Of a stretch of DNA of 64,000 bases, positions 37,496 to 45,360 are shown piece after piece. Below the pieces are notes generated by a model, which ran no database searches, was not told the origin of the DNA, and saw nothing but the letters and a program-made list of their open reading frames with translations. The DNA comes from Patescibacteria group bacterium. GTDB lineage: Bacteria > Patescibacteriota > Patescibacteriia > UBA10025 > JAHIVO01. The first letter of the stretch is position 1, and every line of letters begins with the position of its first letter. The position numbers and the translations under genes are program-made. The stretch is from contig JBAZKE010000001.1 in the NCBI GenBank assembly GCA_041650915.1, positions 379,284 to 443,283 on the forward strand, given 5' to 3'.

Positions 37496-38980
37496 ATGTC
37501 TATAAAAGCTGAAAAACAATCCAACGGCACAAACGCCGGCTTTGAAGCGACTCTCTGGGCCGCGGCTGATAAGATGCGCGGCAGTGTTGCATGGTTTTTA
37601 TTACTAGCGGTTTTTTGCTCTGGAATCCTGTTATCTTGGCCTGATCAGGCGCGTGCTGAATCGGGTTCGGAAACGAAAGACCGCTGGGTATTTAGAAAAA
37701 CGACTGAAAGAAAGGATTTGTGCGAGGCCGGACCGTCTTGCCTTAATCCTCAAGTAAATCTTGATCAATCGGGCGCCATTATTACCTGGGGAGCGGATTT
37801 AGGCGACTGTGACGGGGCTTATCAGGCCGTCGGCACATGGACCACGCCACCGGAAACGCTTATACCCGGGCAATCCGTCTCGACCTCCCTCGAAGCGTCA
37901 CTCAAACAGACAACCGCCTGCGCGGCGGCCCTTGATGCGGATAACTTTGTGTCTTTAATGGTTGGGAAAATGGTTCCTCCGGATATTTATGATGTCGGTA
38001 AATGGGAACAAATGGGGTTTGCCACGGTCCACCAACTTTTACAACAAGGCAAAGAATTTAGTGACAGCAAAACAGTTGATTGGGCCGTACCGCAGGGGAA
38101 TACCGGTGAGGAATTGCGTTTGCGGCTCGGAGCCGGAACCGGTTCATTACCTGGCGGGTATATCGTCTTTATCTATGACTACCAGACTGACGCAATCACC
38201 GCCACAGACGCACCCGCCGCGGCCGAAACAGAAACCGCAGACGATGTTTGCGCTATTAATACTACCCGCACGAGCTGGCGGTTTCCCAGCTTGATTTCAT
38301 CGGCCTATGCCCGCGATTCTGGCGCCCGGTTTGCGGATTTCAGCGGTGAGGTCACCGTGGCTCCAGGGAACGACCCTGCTGATTTGCGCCCGGCTGAAAT
38401 GGACATGGTTTTGGAAACCGGCAGCATCATCAAAACCGAGAGCGACAGCACTGCCATTATCAGTTTCGCGGATATGACCACTTTTTGCATGAAGCCGTTT
38501 ACCACCGTGATTCTAGACACGCCGCCGGAACAAGACAGCAAACTTTCTCTACTGGCCGGCAAGGTATGGATGAACGTGAAAAAAATGGTGAAGGACGGCA
38601 CGATGAATGTCACAATGAATCAGGCCGTGGCCGGCATCAAAGGCACGGTCTTTATATTGGAAGATGACGGTGACACTTCGGCCATAAAAGTAGTGGAAGG
38701 CAACGTGGAATACACCAGCCTGGCAAATGACGTGATGCTCCCGGTTGCCGGCGGAGAAACGGTAGTGGCGAGCGCGGATGGCCTGACGCCGAAGGCCGAT
38801 TTTGATATTGCCACCGAGCGCGCTCAATGGCAGGAATTTGCCAGCCCTCAGCCCGGAAATACAGTATCGGAAGATACAGATTCAAATTTTTCATACGCCT
38901 ATTGGAGCGCCATTCTCGTTGTAGTCATTGGCGGAGGGTGGGTAGTTATGAAAAAATTAAAACATAAACAAGCGCAGTAA
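37496..38980 (+). CDS. secreted/membrane-anchored protein whose first ~30 codons resemble an HsdM N-terminus (chimeric 5' end)
   Basis: Begins MSIKAEKQSNGTNAGFEATLWAAADKMRGS (the HsdM N-terminal LWxAADKLRG motif). It then runs directly into a TM/signal segment (VAWFLLLAVFCSGILLS) and a 460-aa extracellular region with a C-terminal TM. Confidence 0.6.
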   Translation: MSIKAEKQSNGTNAGFEATLWAAADKMRGSVAWFLLLAVFCSGILLSWPDQARAESGSETKDRWVFRKTTERKDLCEAGPSCLNPQVNLDQSGAIITWGADLGDCDGAYQAVGTWTTPPETLIPGQSVSTSLEASLKQTTACAAALDADNFVSLMVGKMVPPDIYDVGKWEQMGFATVHQLLQQGKEFSDSKTVDWAVPQGNTGEELRLRLGAGTGSLPGGYIVFIYDYQTDAITATDAPAAAETETADDVCAINTTRTSWRFPSLISSAYARDSGARFADFSGEVTVAPGNDPADLRPAEMDMVLETGSIIKTESDSTAIISFADMTTFCMKPFTTVILDTPPEQDSKLSLLAGKVWMNVKKMVKDGTMNVTMNQAVAGIKGTVFILEDDGDTSAIKVVEGNVEYTSLANDVMLPVAGGETVVASADGLTPKADFDIATERAQWQEFASPQPGNTVSEDTDSNFSYAYWSAILVVVIGGGWVVMKKLKHKQAQ

Positions 38981-39095
38981 CCAATCTTGGTTAGCAACAT
39001 AATTTCTAATAGGATTGATTTTTTGTACAATAAAAAAGCGGGCTGGTGGTGTACAGCTCGCTTGGGATTTTCTGATCTACATACCGAATCGATGG

Positions 39096-39205
39096 ACATT
39101 CGAGTATGCAATTAATGTAAAGAACCATATGATGGCCACGGCTCCTACCAGGATGCCAATGAACATCAGAATCATGCGTACATTTTTCACAAGGACTCCC
39201 TTGCC
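39096..39205 (-). CDS. candidate small hydrophobic peptide (single TM, about 35 aa)
   Basis: The minus-strand frame reads (V)KNVRMILMFIGILVGAVAIIWFFTLIAYSNVHRFGM-stop, preceded by AGGGAG. Not in the ORF track (<60 aa). Confidence 0.25.
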
Positions 39206-39439
39206 GAATGGTTTCCTCGGGTAGTATCCTGCGCATCGGATACCTTATGCTTTCGCGCACTGCTTCTTTCGCATTCAGATATCAAGCATCAGGAAAATGC
39301 TTGAACCGAACATTCTAGCACGGGTTGGCCGCCCTGTCAAGAAGCGCCACCAATGTAAATAATTAAGGTAGCTAAGTTTTGGGGAAAGTTTAGGATAGTT
39401 TTTTGTTTGACATTATGGGGGTGCGGGGGTAGGTTTGGG

Positions 39440-39476
39440 GTTGTTTTGTCGTTCGTGAGGGAGTAAAATGGGGATC
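39440..39476 (+). promoter_or_regulatory. conserved promoter module, copy c (orphan; points antisense into the minus-strand gene 39561..39803)
   Basis: GTTGTTTTGTCGTTCGTGAGGGAGTAAAATGGGGAT. No plus-strand gene follows. Confidence 0.45.
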
Positions 39477-39500
39477 TGTGGCTTGATAAACGAATATCAT

Positions 39501-39532
39501 TCAATAAAGAGACCGGTCATGGTTGGCCGGTC
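39501..39532 (-). terminator. rho-independent terminator of the minus-strand small gene
   Basis: GACCGG-CCAACCATGA-CCGGTC hairpin followed by TCTTTATTG on the minus strand. Confidence 0.5.
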
Positions 39533-39560
39533 TGGGTTTCGGGCAGATTGAATCCACCTG

Positions 39561-39803
39561 TTATGATTTGTTCAATTCTCGCAAAGCGTTCACACCGATC
39601 TCCTGGTGCGTTGGGTCGTTTTCCACTTCCCGGAAAAACGCCGGGGCTAAATCCCCGAGAATCTCCTGGGCAGCGCCGCCGGTGATGACGTCACCGCAGC
39701 CCGTTTCTATCTTTTCCCGGGCGGCGCTCAGTACGGCATCTCTCCGGTCGGCAAGTTCGGGGTGATCGGTAAAGTACTTTTCGAGGTTTTTAATCGCAAT
39801 CAT
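39561..39803 (-). CDS. hypothetical small protein (80 aa)
   Basis: More protein-like than the overlapping plus ORF; has its own terminator. Confidence 0.45.
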   Translation of the reverse strand: MIAIKNLEKYFTDHPELADRRDAVLSAAREKIETGCGDVITGGAAQEILGDLAPAFFREVENDPTHQEIGVNALRELNKS

Positions 39804-39932
39804 CAGACGCTCCTTGGTTCAGTGTTTGTATGTGGTTTTGTCATAGTATAGATGCAGCTCCTCATATTGTCAATCTCAGACGTTGGTGCTTTTGGGTTGA
39901 CTGTGTGTACACAAACATCGCGTATCACTGCG

Positions 39933-40011
39933 CTTGTTTTGCTGTTCGTGGGGGAGAAGGCGACTGGCGGGAAGTGGTGGAGTTGACAATCTGGGCGAAC
40001 GGGTGTACGAT
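39933..40011 (+). promoter_or_regulatory. promoter module copy d (diverged), then a consensus TTGACA-17-TACGAT promoter
   Basis: CTTGTTTTGCTGTTCGTGGGGGAG..., then TTGACAATCTGGGCGAACGGGTGTACGAT upstream of the GTG at 40049. Confidence 0.5.
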
Positions 40012-40048
40012 GCACCGAAAATTGAACCTATAAAAAACGGAGGATATC

Positions 40049-40435
40049 GTGAGTATTGAAATCAAGCATGACATCCAGACCAGGGTATCATTCACGCGTA
40101 CCGGGGTGAAGGCACGAGTGATCGCGTTCGTCATGGGGCTTCAGTGCGAGCTGACCCCGAATGACGTGCTGAAAAAGGCCGGGGTGGAAATTCTGCCGGG
40201 CGAACACTGGTACGTGGTGTATTATGACCATGACCAGAAATGGTACAGCGCGTGCAAGGTTGGCAATCCGGACGATACCGTCGCTTATGAGGAGGACATG
40301 GCGTACCTCATTACCCGTTCGGAAATACCGGAGCATGACGGCGTAGCTGTCCAAGCTGCCATCGAAAAGGGCATCTATGCCTATCGGACGCTAGTCGGCA
40401 GTTCCAAGCCCATCTGGATTGAGAGGGAGCATTAA
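40049..40435 (+). CDS. hypothetical protein (GTG start)
   Basis: 128-aa ORF with a consensus promoter and a GGAGG RBS (AAACGGAGGATATCGTG). Confidence 0.5.
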   Translation: MSIEIKHDIQTRVSFTRTGVKARVIAFVMGLQCELTPNDVLKKAGVEILPGEHWYVVYYDHDQKWYSACKVGNPDDTVAYEEDMAYLITRSEIPEHDGVAVQAAIEKGIYAYRTLVGSSKPIWIEREH

Positions 40436-40544
40436 TATCAGTACCCAACACAATGAAAGGGTGGTTTGCATGACGCAGATCACCCTTGATTTTTTTGTGC
40501 TCCCGCACCATTGAAAATGGTGTGAGAGGTTGATTTATTAGCAA

Positions 40545-40565
40545 AAAAGGAGGAGAATGGGGGTA
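40545..40565 (+). promoter_or_regulatory. conserved promoter module, truncated copy e at the edge of the AT-rich island
   Basis: AAAAAAGGAGGAGAATGGGGGTA keeps only the 3' half (the -10 and G-run) of the module. Confidence 0.4.
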
Positions 40566-40592
40566 TGTATTTGGTTTACACCATGATTATTA

Positions 40593-41468
40593 ATGACTAT
40601 GACTATGACAGATTACAGTGAGTTTCAAAAAAGATTCAAACTATTAGCGAGTAAAAATAAACATCTCGTAATTAACACCTTATCCAATATATTTACGATG
40701 AGGTTAATTGGTAATAAAACTCACGGTGATTTAGCAGAGATAGGCATGGTTGAATTTATTAACCAGTTCATGTATGACTTTAAAAGTATTCATGTTGGGA
40801 AAGATTTATTCCGGGCAAAAGAACATGAAGAGGATATAGTTGTTATTAATGAAATTACCAAAACTAAATTTCCCGTAAGTTTAAAGGCATATGGAGATGG
40901 GCCGCTACAACTTTCAACTGATTGTGACCAAAAAATGTTTCCATTTCTTGAGAAACAAGGTAAAAATATTGTAAATTCTAACAAAATAGAAGAGGTGTTT
41001 AAATCAAAAGAATTCGCAGCATTTGATGCAATAAATGTTATGCCACTTATTTATGATGAGAAAAAACAGAGATGTAATATTATGATTTTCGATCATAATA
41101 AAGCTATAAATGAAACTAGAAGGATTGTTTTCATTAATTTCAAAGAAAAATTTGATTTTGAAACCAAAAAAGTAATTCCAGGGAATTCTCGATCACACCC
41201 AATTTTTATGTTTCTTGATACTGGAGGAAATTATATATGTGAGGTTAGATATGGAGGCGCTTCAGCAAATGCACTTCAACGTGGTTTTTGGACTCATACA
41301 AAAAATGCACTTTCATTTTTTGATTCACTCACAAACGGCTGGATTGACTATTCTCATAATCAGACACTAGTAAAGTTGTTTAGCCTCGCACTTAATAGTT
41401 CTGAGCAGGGTCATAAATTAGCTAATGAAATTCTTCAGAAAGACATCGACAGATTAAAGACTTTATGA
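40593..41468 (+). CDS. putative type II restriction endonuclease (DpnII/MboI-family-like)
   Basis: 291 aa, AT-rich. Its stop overlaps the MTase start (ATGA). The block EVRYGGASANALQ resembles the DpnII-family EVNFYSGSGSKLN block; similarity judged by eye only. Confidence 0.4.
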   Translation: MTMTMTDYSEFQKRFKLLASKNKHLVINTLSNIFTMRLIGNKTHGDLAEIGMVEFINQFMYDFKSIHVGKDLFRAKEHEEDIVVINEITKTKFPVSLKAYGDGPLQLSTDCDQKMFPFLEKQGKNIVNSNKIEEVFKSKEFAAFDAINVMPLIYDEKKQRCNIMIFDHNKAINETRRIVFINFKEKFDFETKKVIPGNSRSHPIFMFLDTGGNYICEVRYGGASANALQRGFWTHTKNALSFFDSLTNGWIDYSHNQTLVKLFSLALNSSEQGHKLANEILQKDIDRLKTL

Positions 41469-42577
41469 CTGACCAGCAATTGAACATTTTTGGTAATTCC
41501 ACCATAACCACACCAAAAACTGAAGGTATTAAGTATGCTGGGTCAAAGTTAAAAATCTTGCCATATATAATTGAATTAGTAAGCGATTTAAAGGGTGTAA
41601 AAAAAATCTTAGATGGCTTTACTGGCACAACTCGTGTTGCACAAGCTATGGCACAACTTGGATATGACGTAACCGCCAGTGATATATCAATATGGTCGGA
41701 AGTATTTGCTAATTGTTATTTAAAGTCGAAGAAACCCGATAAATTTTATCAGGATATTCTAGACCATTTAAACAAGCTAAAGGGTTGTGATGGTTGGTAT
41801 ACTAGACATTATGGCGCCAAACCAAAAGAGAATAAAAAGCCATTTCAGGAAAAAAATACCCGTAAATTAGATGCGATCAGAGATGAAATTGAGAAGATTA
41901 ATTTACAATGGGTTGATAAATGTGTTATTTTGACCTCATTAATTAATGCATTAGATTCGGTTGATAGCACACTGGGTCATTATGTTTCATATCTCTCAAA
42001 TTGGTCTAAACGTTCGTATAATGATTTATATTTAAAATTACCAAAAAGAATTCAAAGTCCTGGCAAACATAAAGTGATTAAAGGAGATATTTTTGAAACA
42101 ATTAATAATAATGAATTTGATTTAGTGTATTTTGATCCACCGTATGGCTCAAACAATGAAAAAATGCCACCCAGCAGAGTCCGTTATGCCTCTTATTATC
42201 ATATTTGGACGACGGTTATCAAACATGATAAACCGGTAGTTTTTGGTAAGGTAAATCGAAGAGAAGATAGTAGGGACTTGGTAGCTGGTTCTGTATTTGA
42301 GGATTTTAGGAAAGATAATAATGGTTCATTTATTGCAATGGAAGCATTAAGAAGATTAGTCAAAGAAACAAAAGCACGATATATATTATTGTCATACAGT
42401 TCTGGCGGAAGAGCAACAAAAAAGGAACTTAATGAGATAATTGATGAATCGGGTAAACTATTAAAAGCAGTTGAAATTAATTATAAAAAGAACGTAATGG
42501 CTAATATGCGATGGACACATGAATGGATAAACAGTGATGGAAAGCATTCGGAATACCTTTTTTTAATGAAAAAATGA
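41465..42577 (+). CDS. D12-class (Dam-like) N6-adenine DNA methyltransferase
   Basis: N-terminal IKYAGSKLKILPYII (KWAGGK-type motif I) and catalytic VYFDPPYG (DPPY). Confidence 0.8.
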   Translation: MTDQQLNIFGNSTITTPKTEGIKYAGSKLKILPYIIELVSDLKGVKKILDGFTGTTRVAQAMAQLGYDVTASDISIWSEVFANCYLKSKKPDKFYQDILDHLNKLKGCDGWYTRHYGAKPKENKKPFQEKNTRKLDAIRDEIEKINLQWVDKCVILTSLINALDSVDSTLGHYVSYLSNWSKRSYNDLYLKLPKRIQSPGKHKVIKGDIFETINNNEFDLVYFDPPYGSNNEKMPPSRVRYASYYHIWTTVIKHDKPVVFGKVNRREDSRDLVAGSVFEDFRKDNNGSFIAMEALRRLVKETKARYILLSYSSGGRATKKELNEIIDESGKLLKAVEINYKKNVMANMRWTHEWINSDGKHSEYLFLMKK

Positions 42578-42589
42578 TAGGACAATGTT

Positions 42590-42745
42590 ATGGCAATAGA
42601 AAAGGTTAGTTTTATCGCGACAAAGTATAAAAACAAACCGACAATGGTACGTTTTTATACTAAAAAAGGTGATGTTGTAAGATTTTCAGCTCAAAAAAAA
42701 GCACCCGTAAAGCAGGTTGTTGAATTTAAAGCTAAGTCAAAATAA
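42590..42745 (+). CDS. small basic protein (51 aa)
   Basis: MAIEKVSFIATKYKNKPTMVRFYTKKGDVVRFSAQKKAPVKQVVEFKAKSK. Below the ORF-track length cut-off; lies between the MTase and rusA. Confidence 0.35.
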   Translation: MAIEKVSFIATKYKNKPTMVRFYTKKGDVVRFSAQKKAPVKQVVEFKAKSK

Positions 42746-42748
42746 ATT

Positions 42749-43198
42749 GTGAGCACTACATATTTTGATTACAGTTTTGGGTTGTCAGAAATTATTCCAT
42801 CAGGCAATCGTCAAAAAAGTGATAGTGCTTGTGCGTTTTATAAAGTTGTTGGTCAAGCGTTAAAAGATATTGATAAACAAGGAATCTTCCCAACAAAAAA
42901 GTTAGTTTTTATTTTTATTTTACAGTTTTTTTCGAATCAAGAAGAATATCAAAAACGAGATATTGATAATATGTGCAAAACCATGCTGGCGGCATTAAAA
43001 AATAAGATATATGAGGACGACGTACAAGTAAAAACGTTATTAATCAGTAAACAAATAAATAGTAAGATTCCGGTAAACTTCGTTTACATCGGAATAAAGT
43101 TATCCGATTACAAGGATAATACCGGAATGGTGAAAGTAAATATTAACAATGCCATATCATTGTTTCAGGGCTCTGTTAAACAAGCAGTTGAAAAGTAA
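42749..43198 (+). CDS. rusA: RusA-family Holliday junction resolvase (phage-type)
   Basis: QKRDIDNMCKTMLAALKNKIYEDDVQV matches the RusA catalytic block [28 protein letters not shown]. Confidence 0.7.
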   Translation: MSTTYFDYSFGLSEIIPSGNRQKSDSACAFYKVVGQALKDIDKQGIFPTKKLVFIFILQFFSNQEEYQKRDIDNMCKTMLAALKNKIYEDDVQVKTLLISKQINSKIPVNFVYIGIKLSDYKDNTGMVKVNINNAISLFQGSVKQAVEK

Positions 43199-43237
43199 TA
43201 TAATACGGTAGATACTATATGAGTGCTAATCCTAGCA

Positions 43238-43267
43238 CTTGTTTTGTTATTGGTGGGGGAGTAGGAT
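43238..43267 (+). promoter_or_regulatory. conserved promoter module, copy f (TTGTTT-17-TAGGAT)
   Basis: CTTGTTTTGTTATTGGTGGGGGAGTAGGATGG, 10 nt before the ATG at 43277. Confidence 0.55.
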
Positions 43268-43276
43268 GGAGAATAT

Positions 43277-44365
43277 ATGGTAAGCATTTTCGAACAAATT
43301 TCAATTTTATTACAAGGACAGCCTTGGATGGTTTTTGGTGGTTATAATTTAAAACTCCAGGGGATTGATAATAGCGCAAATGATATTGATATTGTTACGA
43401 CTGATAAGGGGATTGGGATAATAGCCAAAACGAGAAAAGAAAAAGTTAATCGAGGAAATAATTGGAAAGGATGTAAATTTGTCGTAAATGGACTGCAAAT
43501 TGACGTAATCACTGAGGAGGGTTTTACTCAACAATTTTTTCAAAAATACTTACAAGAAAACAGAATAAACATTATATATTATGATGGCGTACCAGTATTT
43601 TGTTTAAAATTATCTGAGCAACGAAAAGGATACGAAGCAATTTTAGCCGCTCATAAGGGGAGCAATGACCCAACTCTTAAGATAGAATTATTGAAAAAAT
43701 ATGAGGAAAGTAATAAATTCACCCCCGAGCAATGGTATGTTGTGTGGAAAAGAATTTTCGAAGAAAATTTATTAGCCGACTTATATAAACTAGTCAGTAA
43801 TCAACCGCAGCAAAGTGGAGGTTTGAATTTCGTTATTGTACTGATGTGCCTCGTAACTATGGATTTAGTGGGGAAGCTTATTTGCGGATCAAATAACAAA
43901 GACGCAATAAGGGCATTTATTAAATCGGAGTTTTTTCAAATACCTAAAGCTTACAATGGAGACGACTTTGCGGATATAATTAATACTGAATTAAGAAATA
44001 ACCTGGCTCATGCCTTTTTCCCTGAAAGGAACATTGCAATTGGCAGAAATACACCTTTTCAACATTTTAATATTATACCAGTAGTCGGTTCTGAAAGAAA
44101 ATTATTTTGGATTGATGCTGATGAACTGCACCGGGATCTTTTGCAATCGTTAGATCAATATAAAGCGGCTTTAATTGAAGATAAAAAACAGGACGGCGAT
44201 AGACTCAGGTCATTATTTGTTAAATATGTTAATGAAAATATGTTAACTGAGTCGATAAATCTTAAAGGGTTTATGGAAAAGAATTATAAGCTCGATGTAC
44301 ATAATTATCCAATTAGTTCAGATAAGGTTACTCATACTACAACGTTACCGCCTGAAACAAAATAA
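43277..44365 (+). CDS. fused minimal nucleotidyltransferase (MNT) - HEPN-like protein
   Basis: N-terminal WMVFGGYNLKLQGIDNSANDIDIV (hGG-x13-DhD NTase motif, Lnu-like). C-terminal ELRNNLAHAFF fits the HEPN R-x4-H motif. Confidence 0.5.
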   Translation: MVSIFEQISILLQGQPWMVFGGYNLKLQGIDNSANDIDIVTTDKGIGIIAKTRKEKVNRGNNWKGCKFVVNGLQIDVITEEGFTQQFFQKYLQENRINIIYYDGVPVFCLKLSEQRKGYEAILAAHKGSNDPTLKIELLKKYEESNKFTPEQWYVVWKRIFEENLLADLYKLVSNQPQQSGGLNFVIVLMCLVTMDLVGKLICGSNNKDAIRAFIKSEFFQIPKAYNGDDFADIINTELRNNLAHAFFPERNIAIGRNTPFQHFNIIPVVGSERKLFWIDADELHRDLLQSLDQYKAALIEDKKQDGDRLRSLFVKYVNENMLTESINLKGFMEKNYKLDVHNYPISSDKVTHTTTLPPETK

Positions 44366-44456
44366 TTTCCATTGTTTATATCGGCAGATCCGCCCCCCCG
44401 CTGGCGGTTTTTTGTTTGGGATGATCGTGATACAATAATAATACATAAAAAATTAT

Positions 44457-44696
44457 ATGAAAAAAGCACTATATATTTCCTTTGCTATCGTTGTACTGCT
44501 CGGTGCCGGGATATTCATTTACTTCCAATACTGGGGCACTGATGGCATCCCTACGAATTCAAACACCAACACGCCTGCTAATACGAATGCGGTCGCCTGC
44601 ACCATGGAAGCTAAACTTTGCCCGGACGGATCGGCAGTGGGACGCACTGGCCCGAATTGCGAATTCGCGGCCTGCCCGGAAGTGGAGCAGGAGTAG
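44457..44696 (+). CDS. small secreted/membrane-anchored protein with NTNTPANTN linker
   Basis: 79 aa with N-terminal TM and Cys pairs in the C-terminal part. Confidence 0.45.
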   Translation: MKKALYISFAIVVLLGAGIFIYFQYWGTDGIPTNSNTNTPANTNAVACTMEAKLCPDGSAVGRTGPNCEFAACPEVEQE

Positions 44697-44900
44697 GTTG
44701 GAAGGAAGGAGGGTGTAAGTTTTAGGAAGAAAGTAAGGAAGTATGAGATAGGAAGAAGGGTGGATGAAGGGAAGTAGGGCGAATGATGAAGGCATAGTAG
44801 TAGGAAGTAAGTTTTTAGGTTGTACGAAGAAAGTAAAGAAGAAGGAAATTAGAAGAAGGATACGCATTGACGCGAAAAGGAAATTCTGATAACATTGAAG
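44697..44900 (+). repeat. strand-asymmetric purine-rich (GA) low-complexity tract with internal imperfect repeat
   Basis: GGAAGGAAGGAGGG...AGGAAGAAAGTAAGGAAG... The units (GTAAGTTTT(T)AGG...GAAGAAAGTAARGAAG) occur twice. Confidence 0.6.
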
Positions 44901-44996
44901 CACATAAAACTTCCCCAAATTTGCGGGAAGTTATATTTATTATGGATAAGTATTGTGGATAAATGAATGTTGACAATATAACATATATGATATATT

Positions 44997-45350
44997 ATGA
45001 TTAAAGCGTATTATTTCGTGCGACAAAACGGAAGGGCGCCGGTTGAGGAGTATGTTCGTTCAATCAACTCAAAACGGGAAATTGCCTATATCCAGGCAGC
45101 GATTGATAAGTTAATCAAGTATGAAGGAAGGTTACCGCTGCCATACGCAAAGAAAATCCGCGATAAAGTATGGGAGTTACGTTCACCATTAGGCAATCGG
45201 GTTTTTTATTTCATTGATACAGGCCAGGAGATTATTCTCCTCGATGGGCACACAAAAAAGCGTGACCGAATAGAACCTCGAATCCTGAATCGCGTTTTGA
45301 ACCACTATAGGGAGTACCAAGCTACCCGTAACCGTAAACCGTACCAATAA
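44997..45350 (+). CDS. type II toxin, RelE/ParE superfamily (Gp49/HigB-like)
   Basis: 117 aa. KVWELRSPLGNRVFYFIDTGQEIILLDGHTKK is the Gp49-like (DUF891) signature. Confidence 0.65.
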   Translation: MIKAYYFVRQNGRAPVEEYVRSINSKREIAYIQAAIDKLIKYEGRLPLPYAKKIRDKVWELRSPLGNRVFYFIDTGQEIILLDGHTKKRDRIEPRILNRVLNHYREYQATRNRKPYQ

Positions 45351-45360
45351 CAAATCATAT

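Noticed and set aside
39006-39260. Overlapping ORFs 39015..39224(+) and 39006..39260(-)
   Set aside because: Neither has protein-like composition, an ATG with RBS, or motifs. Only a short hydrophobic peptide on the minus strand is kept as a low-confidence candidate.
36800-39480. Tiny ORFs starting at the ATGGGGGTA inside the repeated promoter module
   Set aside because: They reach stops after 3-4 codons (M-G-V-stop) in copies a and b. The conserved element is better explained as -10 plus G-run than as a coding start.
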